A DNA stretch of 64,000 nt, taken from a virus. The stretch is taken from the IMG/VR virus record IMGVR_UViG_3300028590_000009, positions 21,055-85,054 of that record. The stretch is one strand, 5' to 3'. The position numbers were made by a program, and so were the translations under genes. Shown here piece after piece: positions 53,256-61,106 of this stretch (its first letter is position 1; every line of letters begins with the position of its first letter). Below the pieces are notes generated by a model. The model worked only from the letters and a program-made list of their open reading frames with translations, ran no database searches and was not told where the DNA came from.

Positions 53256-53326
53256 TCCCTGTTGGCTCAGTGGCTAGAGCAACCCCCGTAAAGGGCTGTA
53301 CCCACGTTCGATTCGTGGACAGGGAG
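53256..53326 (+). tRNA. Atypical tRNA (possible GTA anticodon on an Asn-type body)
   Basis: TCCCTGT/ACAGGGA+G; GCTC-AGTGGCTA-GAGC; CCC-CCGTAAA-GGG; CCACG-TTCGATT-CGTGG; lacks U33 and is about one base short. Confidence 0.6.
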
Positions 53327-53329
53327 CAA

Positions 53330-53856
53330 AGCGCAGCCTAGCTAGTTGCGCTGGTGGTGACAGAGTGTGCGTCTTGCGCGAATCGGGACGCAATGTGTGC
53401 GACTTACGGGATCCTGACGGGCGAGTGCCTGAGGGGAAGCCTTAGCGGGCGGAAACCGATGCCTAGCGGCCGGGTCGTAGCTTCGGGCCTAATCATACTT
53501 ACGATTCATGCCCCGAACGGAGAGCTAGTAACTCTCCCCACCGTCTAACTTGCCGCCTCTTCGCGGAGGGGTTGGAAGTGCCTCAACGGAAAGTCGTCGG
53601 ATGGCGAGGCCGCTGGGGCGCGAAAGTGTTGCAGCGACAAGATCGCTGAGCAGTGAGGTCAAAGCTCACCAGTCCCGTTTGCGGGGCGACTACAGGGCAG
53701 GTGGCCGAACGGAGTTCGCCGTTCGGTGCCTGCCTCACAAGCGGGAGTTTCCGGTGTCTCCCGAAAAAAACTGGCGGCTGACCCTCGACATGGGGAAGGG
53801 TGCGATTTCGCGATAGCGCCTGACGGAGTTGAGCCATCTCCGCTATCAAACGGCTC
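53330..53856 (+). ncRNA. Large structured ncRNA candidate (~530 nt)
   Basis: More than 15 stems, multiloop closure, GAAA and T-loop-like loops, 3' pseudoknot; bounded by tRNAs; no credible ORF. Confidence 0.65.
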
Positions 53857-53859
53857 CAT

Positions 53860-53935
53860 CGCAGTGTGGCGCAGCTCGGTCTAGCGCAGCGGGCTCATAA
53901 TCCGCAGGTCGTCGGTTCGAATCCGACCACTGCAA
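53860..53935 (+). tRNA. tRNA-fMet (CAT), CCA not encoded
   Basis: C1:A72 mismatch; GCAGTG/CACTGC; GCGGG-CTCATAA-TCCGC; GTCGG-TTCGAAT-CCGAC. Confidence 0.92.
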
Positions 53936-53937
53936 CG

Positions 53938-54335
53938 AGCGGATAGGGCAACGATCCGTACAAAGGCGGATTTGATCACCGCCAGCAGAAATGCACAGTG
54001 CCCGGAGTTGGCCGAGCTTCGTCAGCAAAACGGCTTCGACTTCACGAGTTGGATAGCGCAACCACGGGCGGAACTGAATCCAGGGCCGCATTGCGCGAGG
54101 TTGGGAACCTTGGAGAGTCGCGAATCTCCTGATCCACCCCCTGGCGGGCACGCGCACTTCGCGGCAGGTATCTGCCGTAAGCCTCTGCCCGTCGCGCAGG
54201 CATACCACCCTCTGCCTCTGGCGGCGGGCTTAACCCTTCGGGGTTTCACGACCGGTTCCGCTCGCTTCGGCAGTCCAGGGCCGGTCCTCTACATGGCCGC
54301 TCGTCCACTCCCGCATCAGGGAGGGGCGGGCGGTT
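53938..54335 (+). ncRNA. Second hairpin-dense non-coding block
   Basis: Successive stems up to the RBS of 54363. Confidence 0.45.
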
Positions 54336-54362
54336 CTCATTCCCACTCTGCCAGGAGTTCTC

Positions 54363-54671
54363 ATGAGCGCGCTGCGCTACCGCAAGAGGCCCGTCGTGAT
54401 CGAGGCCGAGCACCTGTCGAGCCTCAACGGCGATCAGGTCACCGAGTGGATCAGGGCGAACGGTGGTCACGCGCGCCACGTCTACTCCGACCCGATCCGA
54501 CGCGAGATGTTCGACGGTGACTGCCCGAACTGGATCGAGATCGAAACCCTCGAAGGCACGATGACGGCCAACGTGGGCGACTGGATCATTCGTGGCGTCA
54601 AGGGCGAATTTTACCCGTGCCGCAATGACATCTTTGAGGCCACCTACGAGCGCGCCGAGGAGACCGCATGA
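54363..54671 (+). CDS. Conserved phage protein (PGDYG-like)
   Basis: YRKRPVVIEA..IETLEG.M.A.VGDWII.GVKGEFYPC..DIF..TYE. Confidence 0.85.
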   Translation: MSALRYRKRPVVIEAEHLSSLNGDQVTEWIRANGGHARHVYSDPIRREMFDGDCPNWIEIETLEGTMTANVGDWIIRGVKGEFYPCRNDIFEATYERAEETA

Positions 54672-56126
54672 GCGAGAACGAGATCGGCGGCATCGTCCGC
54701 AACACTGCCGACCAGCTCGCGGACGCACTTCATGTGCCCTCGTTCGCCTCCGCCATCGATGCGACGTTGCGCCCGATGTATGCCGACGTCGCAGCCGCAC
54801 ACGAAGCGCACGTGCACTACTCGCCCGTGGTCGATTGAACCCGCTCCCCGGAACTCTCGCCTGGGCACCGAACGAGCCCGACCCGGTGACGGTCGAACGC
54901 TGCTGGATGTGGCCGTTCCCGTACGCCGAGGTGCGCACATCACGCGACTGGCTGATCACGGTCCCGACAGCACGACTCACATACCTCGACGTTTGGGAGT
55001 GACCGTGGCGCGAGTGCCGTACGACTGGCGTGCCGAATACGAGGATCCGCCCGACGTTGAGCAACGCGCCTGCCCGAAAGGCGGCCCCGACTGCGGTTGC
55101 CGCCACTACCTGCCCGGTGAAGCCGAATGGCTGACCTGACCGACGAGCAGGCCGAGACCGCCGCGCACATGCTCCGCGAATTCACCGCCGTGCATCCCGT
55201 CGACGGCCCGAAACTCGCATTCTTCACAGCACTCTTCGCGGCCATCGCGAGAAACCCACCCACACTGCCCGAATGAAAGAAGCACCTCATGGCCGACGCC
55301 GCAAACTCGTACGTTTTCACCATCGCTGGCGAGGCTGGTGAAGTCACCGTCGAAGAACTCGCCGCCGCGATGACAACCGCCCTCAACACTGCCCTGCGCA
55401 CTGTTCCCGCAGGCGGCACCACGGGCCACGTCCTCACCAAGACCTCGGGTGGTTACGCCTGGCAGGCCGCGACATAACCGTGGCTGATCTCGCTGACGGC
55501 GGCCCGCTCCCCGAACAACCGGACGGGCCGCCCGACTTCTGCACTCCCTGCGCGTACTCCGCGCCGCACTTCCACCCAACGATTCCCGGTGCCGACTGGT
55601 TCATCGAGGGTCGACGCTTCCGTGAGGTCGGCCGCATCCCCAACGCGAACGGCGCGACAGTCCACCTCGCAGCCGCCGACACACCGCCCCCATTCCATTA
55701 GGAGCCCCGTTGAGCCTGAAAATGTACGCCACCGACTTCGTTAACGGCTTCGAGTACATGTTCACGCTCCCCGAAGAGGTCGTCGGCGGCGTCGACACCT
55801 ACTACGCGGGCAGCAAACCCTATCTCGCGGGCCAATACACCGTGGACACCGAAACACTCACCACATACTTCAACCATCCCGCGATCGGCGACCGGTTCCT
55901 CACCCTCGACGACGACACCACCTATGTGCGCGTCACGGGCGGGTCTGCGACGTTCACGGGCGGCACGATCCTGCTGGACCAGTCACGCGAAATCTTCTGG
56001 CCCAACGGTGAAGGCGGTCCCCTCGTCAACTTCCGGGTTGTCGAACCGTCCCCGCCAACCCATCCGCTCGACTGGTTCTTCATCGAGGTCGACCGGGCGC
56101 TCGAAGACTACAACGCAACAAGCTAG
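54668..56126 (+). other. Small hypothetical genes (54668-55002, 55289-55477, 55480-55701, 55710-56126 and others)
   Basis: Adjacent ORFs with plausible codon usage. Confidence 0.55.
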
Positions 56127-56389
56127 CCGCCCATACATGCGCGGCGCGACCTCCAACGCGAGGTATCGCAAATTGAGGTAGTCGGTGCCTGCCCAGAGAA
56201 CCCCCACCGAACTTTTCCGCCACACCCTCGTGCCCCATTCGGTCGGGGCCGCCCCACAGGCAGCAGGGGTCTCGTGGCGGGGCCGCTGGCAGCCATGAGC
56301 GCCGCGGCCAGGCCCGCGCGGTCGGTATCGCTACCACGGGAGCCGCGCGGGCCACAGCTTCCCACAACTTCATAACGCCAGGAGGCGTC

Positions 56390-57310
56390 ATGTCCATCAA
56401 CTCCTGCGCACGAACCGCACTCGTTTGCGTGATCGCGCTCGGCCCACTCGTCTTCGCTTCCGGGCACGCTGTCGCTGACGGCCCCGACTGTCGCCCGTTG
56501 GTGATCGGTGTCGGCGGCAACGGCGAACGCGCCAACACCAACTTCGGGCGCGCAACCATCGTCGGCGACATGCTCGAATACGAAGCCCAACAGGGGAATC
56601 GGGTCGAAGCACTCGACTACAAATCCAGCGTATGGCCTACCGGTCCGTACACGAAGGACGAATCCGTCACCGATGGCCGCGCGCGACTGCAAGCCCGTAT
56701 CGCCGAATACCGCCAAGACTGCCCGAACGGTCACGTCACCGTCATCGGTCACAGCCTGGGCGCCGAATTCGCTGACGAGGCAGACGCCGACCGGGTAGTG
56801 ACGTACGGGGATCCGCGGACTCCTGGCGGCATCTACTCGGCACTTCCGGGCATCGTTCCGGGCATCTCCTCGCCCGGTCCACGCGACCCTGACCCGCGTG
56901 TGACGACCGTGTGCCACGAGTTCGATGCGATCTGCGACAGCCCCGCGCCATGGGCCGATCCTGCCAAGTTCGTTCAGGGATGGGCGGGCTATGCGATGGG
57001 CTGGCATTACTACGCGCCCGACGAAGCCGATGGGCTGCCGCCTGGTGATCACCTTATCGACCGTCCCGCACCTTTGCCGTGGCTGCCCGAATCGACACCG
57101 ACCGGGATTCCGAACGCGCCGACCGCGCCGCTGCCCACATGGGAGCCCGGACCGCTGCCCTCGCTCGAAATGCTCGACCCCGGACCGTATGTGCCGACAC
57201 CGCTGTCCACGTGGATCCCGGACGAGGTTGAAGCGTTCCTGCCGCCCGAGGTGACGGGATTCGTTCCGCCGCCGCTGCCTGCCATCCCCGCGCTTCCATC
57301 GATTGGATGA
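56390..57310 (+). CDS. Secreted cutinase/PE-PPE-like alpha/beta hydrolase with Pro-rich tail
   Basis: Signal peptide (..GHAVA|D), GHSLG, YGDPR, C...DAICD, H..Y. Confidence 0.8.
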   Translation: MSINSCARTALVCVIALGPLVFASGHAVADGPDCRPLVIGVGGNGERANTNFGRATIVGDMLEYEAQQGNRVEALDYKSSVWPTGPYTKDESVTDGRARLQARIAEYRQDCPNGHVTVIGHSLGAEFADEADADRVVTYGDPRTPGGIYSALPGIVPGISSPGPRDPDPRVTTVCHEFDAICDSPAPWADPAKFVQGWAGYAMGWHYYAPDEADGLPPGDHLIDRPAPLPWLPESTPTGIPNAPTAPLPTWEPGPLPSLEMLDPGPYVPTPLSTWIPDEVEAFLPPEVTGFVPPPLPAIPALPSIG

Positions 57311-57579
57311 AAATGACCGACAACGGCTCGCTTGGTTGGCTGGAGTATCTTCCCCGCGATTGGGGCTTCTGGGCGCAGATCGACGTCCGGGCGATGGCCG
57401 AATTGACCGATCTCCCGGTCACGGAAGTCTTGGTCATGAGTCGCGAGGACTACACCGACCGACTCAGGGGATTCGACTCCGTAACCTGGTTCACTGCCCG
57501 CGAACTGGTCGCGTCGAAGATCCTCGAAGCCGCGCAATCGGACCTGGCGCAAACGAAGGCGGCCGTGAATGCCGCCTGA
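57307..57579 (+). CDS. Hypothetical protein
   Basis: Overlaps both neighbours. Confidence 0.55.
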   Translation: MKMTDNGSLGWLEYLPRDWGFWAQIDVRAMAELTDLPVTEVLVMSREDYTDRLRGFDSVTWFTARELVASKILEAAQSDLAQTKAAVNAA

Positions 57580-57823
57580 CGTCACCCTCTATTCCAGCCC
57601 CGGATGTCAGCCCTGCAAGGCAACAGCCCGGAAGCTGACGCAACTCGGCATCGAACACGCCCACATCGACGTCACGCAGGATCCTGCCGCCCTCGACTAC
57701 ATCCGAGGGCTCGGCTACACAGCCGCGCCCGTAGTCGTTGCAGGCGAAGAACATTGGACCGGATTCCGGCTGACTCGGATCGAAGCACTAGCGGCTTCAC
57801 TGCGCACAGCGGTCGACGAATAA
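57569..57823 (+). CDS. nrdH: NrdH-like glutaredoxin
   Basis: YSSPGCQPC, LGY.AAPVV, HWTGFR. Confidence 0.9.
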   Translation: MPPDVTLYSSPGCQPCKATARKLTQLGIEHAHIDVTQDPAALDYIRGLGYTAAPVVVAGEEHWTGFRLTRIEALAASLRTAVDE

Positions 57824-58009
57824 CCCCAACATCGGAGGCCCCATGAAATTCCATCTGAAGTTGCTGGGGCTGTTCGAAATCGACATCGAAACCCCTGCCG
57901 TCGAACAGGTTTCATCCATCGACATTGTTTCAGCCTGCCTGAGCGCCATCTCTCAGATCCCCATGTTCCAGACCATGATGATGGTCACGGAGGACGAGGA
58001 CGAGAACTG

Positions 58010-58291
58010 ATGGCCCGCGCCACCTGGGCGAACGGCGGCAACGCCTGGCGACTCCTCGCCGCCGCCATCGCCACCTACGAACTCATCACGCCGCCCGAGC
58101 AACTGCTCACCGCAGCCTGTGAACGAGGCATCAAACGGCATCCGATAGCGGTACGGGCGGCCATCATCGTGACCGCCCTCCACCTTTTGGGACTGATTCC
58201 GCGCCGAATCGATCCCTACGCCCACCTACCGGGCGTCCGTAAGCACGTCAGCGAATCGCTTCACCGCTTGATTCGCCCCCTGCCGAGATAA
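58010..58291 (+). CDS. Small conserved actinophage membrane-associated protein
   Basis: AW.LLAAAI..YEL....QLLT.A..R..HP..TALHL..IP..IDP. Confidence 0.65.
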   Translation: MARATWANGGNAWRLLAAAIATYELITPPEQLLTAACERGIKRHPIAVRAAIIVTALHLLGLIPRRIDPYAHLPGVRKHVSESLHRLIRPLPR

Positions 58292-58453
58292 ACCCGCAGC
58301 ATCAGCCAACACCTGCCACGTAAACGGCTGCCCCGTCTCCGGATCGATCACCTCGCGTAGTCGCGCGATCTCCGACCCGCGCCCATCCTGCACCTCGGCA
58401 TCCATCTTCGCGAACCACCGCAGATGACGTAACAACTCGTCCCGAGCATCCAT
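58226..58453 (-). CDS. Small HTH-like protein divergent from terminase
   Basis: TWQVLADAAGLSRQGA. Confidence 0.55.
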   Translation of the reverse strand: MDARDELLRHLRWFAKMDAEVQDGRGSEIARLREVIDPETGQPFTWQVLADAAGLSRQGANQAVKRFADVLTDAR

Positions 58454-58608
58454 GATCACAGCGTACACCCAGTTACGTCACGACATACAGTCTGTGACAT
58501 AAACTCGACACGCCGATCGGCGCTCACGCGGTCCGCCCAGGAGGCGACCGCCCCCACCCCCCCGAACGTGCACGGCCAGGCGCCGACACGTCCCACGGAG
58601 GACGCCCA

Positions 58609-59118
58609 ATGGCACGCAAAAAGACAATCCCCGTCGAAAAACTGGTAGCGACCCAAGAAAAACGCAACTACTGCCTCGAACGCAGACTCGCCGGCCTCAC
58701 GCAGAAAGAAATCTGCGAAGAAACAGGCTGGGACAAGTCCGCGGTCTCCCGCTACATCAGCACCGCCATCGCCGACATCACCCGCGAAAACGCCACCGAA
58801 TTCCTCGAAGTCGAGCTGGCCCGCCTGGACGCGATGTGGGCAGCCATCTGGGAAGACATCGTCAACCCAGGCGAAGACGACCGCAACGGCCAAACCTGGA
58901 AGATCGACCGCGCACTCGCGATCATGGACCAGCGCGCGAAACTCACCGGCAGCTACAAGACCGCCGAAATGAAAGCCGTCGCCGACGCCCGAGGCAACCT
59001 CAACACTGAAACCTCCTCGATGGTCGGCCGCTTCTTCGACGCCCTCGAAAAGGTGTACGAAGCCGACGGCATCACAGCGGCTACGGAGGCGCCCGAGTCT
59101 GCGGACGACGAACAGTGA
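58609..59118 (+). CDS. Terminase small subunit
   Basis: N-terminal HTH, ELARLDAM, IMDQRAKLTG; overlaps TerL start. Confidence 0.8.
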   Translation: MARKKTIPVEKLVATQEKRNYCLERRLAGLTQKEICEETGWDKSAVSRYISTAIADITRENATEFLEVELARLDAMWAAIWEDIVNPGEDDRNGQTWKIDRALAIMDQRAKLTGSYKTAEMKAVADARGNLNTETSSMVGRFFDALEKVYEADGITAATEAPESADDEQ

Positions 59119-60827
59119 GCCTGCTGGACACACTTCCCCTGTCCCGCAAACAAATCGCTTCCATCGTCGAAGCCCGCCGCGCACGAGTCTCCATACTCTC
59201 CGGCGCGGTGCGATCAGGCAAAACCATCGCCAGCATCCTCGCCTTCTACGACGCGGTACTACGCGCCCCCGAATCCGGGCTCATCATCATCGTCGGCCGA
59301 ACCTTGCAGACGATCGAACGCAACATCATCGAGCCCATGCAAGACCAAGCCGTATTCGGCATATGGTCGAACGAAGTCCACCACACACGCGGATCCTCCA
59401 CCGCGATCATCCTCGGCCGCACCATCCACCTGATCGGCGCCAACGACGTCCGCGCAGAAGGCAAACTCCGCGGCATGACCGCCTGCCTCGCGCTGGTGGA
59501 CGAAGCCACACTGCTCCCAGAAAACTTCTGGACCCAGCTCCTCGCGCGCCTCTCCGTCCCCGGCGCACGCTGCCTGGCAACCACCAACCCCGACAATCCA
59601 GCCCACTTCCTGAAGGTCAACTACATCGACCGACAGCACGAACTGGACTTGCGGGCCTGGTCGTTCATGCTCGACGACAACCCGTCACTCGACCCCGACT
59701 ATGTCGCCGCGATCAAAGCCGAATTCTCCGGACTGTTCTACCTGCGCAACATCAACGGATTGTGGGTCGCCGCCGACGGCGCCGTCTACGACTGCTTCGA
59801 CCCCGACCGCCACGTGGTGCCATGGGGCGAACTGCCCGACCTGCAATGCTATATCGGGATCGCCGTCGACCACGGCACCACCAACCCCACCCATGCGATC
59901 ATGCTCGGTTTAGGTGTCGACAACGTGCTGTATGCGGTCGACGAATGGCGGTATGCGCCCTCGAACAAAGAGGCCCGCAAAACCAACGTCCAACTCTCGC
60001 AAGGCTTACGGGGCTGGATGGCTACCGCCCATCATCCGCGCGAAGACCCGGACAGCCCGCCACGCATCACCTGCCCCGTTATTGTTGACCCTGCCGCCGC
60101 GGACTTCCGAGTCCAGTTGAAGCAGGACGGGCAACGCACGGTACCCGCCTACAACGAAGTGCTGTACGGGATTCGAACCACCTCCGCACTGTTCTCTATC
60201 GAAAAACTGAAGATCAGCGACCGATGCCCTGAACTGTTGAAAGAAATCCCCGGATATGTGTGGGATACGAAAGCGACAGAAGAAGGCAAGGATGCGCCGG
60301 TCAAGGTGAATGACCACGGCTGTTTTGTGGCCGGCACGCTGGTCGAAACCGTCGACGGGCCGCAGCCAATCGAAACGATCGAACCCGGAACGCTGGTGTT
60401 GACCCGGTTCGGGTATCGACCAGTCCTCGACGCTGGATGCACAGGGGTTCACGCTCCACGTGCGCTGCTCCTGGCCGACGGCACCACATTGCTTGGGACT
60501 GCGAATCATCCGGTGTTCGTCGACGGCGAAGGCTTCACGCCGATCGAGGAACTCCACCCCGGCGACGTCATTCAGCAGGCGACTGGTACGAGCGCCGTCG
60601 TCAGTGTCGATTGGGTCAAAGGTCTCGAACCCGTCTACAACCTGACAGTATTCGAACAGCCTGAGTATTACGCGAACGGCGTACTCGTCCACAACTGCGA
60701 CTCGTTGCGCTACTCCATCGCATCGACTGAACGCAAATGGCGGCGTCGTATCAAACTCGCAACCCAATTCCGACCCGAAACGGCGGACGAAGATCCTGGC
60801 TTTACAAAGCAAATAGACTTGAAGTAA
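59115..60827 (+). CDS. Terminase large subunit with mini-intein
   Basis: GAVRSGKT, LVDEA, TTNPD.P.H, VDHG, VDPAA, NDHG|CD.LRY. Confidence 0.95.
   Translation: MSLLDTLPLSRKQIASIVEARRARVSILSGAVRSGKTIASILAFYDAVLRAPESGLIIIVGRTLQTIERNIIEPMQDQAVFGIWSNEVHHTRGSSTAIILGRTIHLIGANDVRAEGKLRGMTACLALVDEATLLPENFWTQLLARLSVPGARCLATTNPDNPAHFLKVNYIDRQHELDLRAWSFMLDDNPSLDPDYVAAIKAEFSGLFYLRNINGLWVAADGAVYDCFDPDRHVVPWGELPDLQCYIGIAVDHGTTNPTHAIMLGLGVDNVLYAVDEWRYAPSNKEARKTNVQLSQGLRGWMATAHHPREDPDSPPRITCPVIVDPAAADFRVQLKQDGQRTVPAYNEVLYGIRTTSALFSIEKLKISDRCPELLKEIPGYVWDTKATEEGKDAPVKVNDHGCFVAGTLVETVDGPQPIETIEPGTLVLTRFGYRPVLDAGCTGVHAPRALLLADGTTLLGTANHPVFVDGEGFTPIEELHPGDVIQQATGTSAVVSVDWVKGLEPVYNLTVFEQPEYYANGVLVHNCDSLRYSIASTERKWRRRIKLATQFRPETADEDPGFTKQIDLK
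60321..60695 (+). mobile_element. Mini-intein (125 aa) without endonuclease
   Basis: CFVAGTLVET, GTANHPVF, VYNLTV..YYANGVLVHN|C. Confidence 0.92.
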
Positions 60828-60851
60828 ACGGTCGAATGTCAGGAGATTCGA

Positions 60852-61106
60852 ATGTCTTTCGCGGACGATGTCGAAGCGTATGAACAACAACCCGCACCGG
60901 TCAAATACTGCAAAACCGGGCAATGGGTGAACGATCTCGACACACGCGACCGTGAAGCATTCAAGCGAGCGTTGAGCCGTGGCGGACCGGTATCGGATTT
61001 GCATCGCATCGCCATCAACAACGGCTGCACCGCGGCAGAAACCCGATTCCGGGCACACTGCCGCCGACGCTGCTCCTGCTACATCAACATGGAGGTTGCG
61101 GCGTGA
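60852..61106 (+). CDS. Small Cys/His zinc-binding protein
   Basis: CKTGQW..HCRRRCSC. Confidence 0.7.
   Translation: MSFADDVEAYEQQPAPVKYCKTGQWVNDLDTRDREAFKRALSRGGPVSDLHRIAINNGCTAAETRFRAHCRRRCSCYINMEVAA

Noticed and set aside
53043-53326. YrlA/Y RNA interpretation of the tRNA-like elements, given rtcB is present
   Set aside because: Arm order is standard tRNA order rather than permuted, and no Ro/Rsr gene is recognisable in the window.
53354-53859. Short ORFs across the RNA island
   Set aside because: No RBS, atypical composition, and overlap with dense RNA stems.
54025-54140. Resemblance to the actinobacterial tmRNA 5' region (CGGCTTCGACTTC..GAATCCAGGG)
   Set aside because: No GGGGCTG 5' acceptor strand, no canonical T arm plus CCA end and no tag ORF; the segment pairs locally in another stem.
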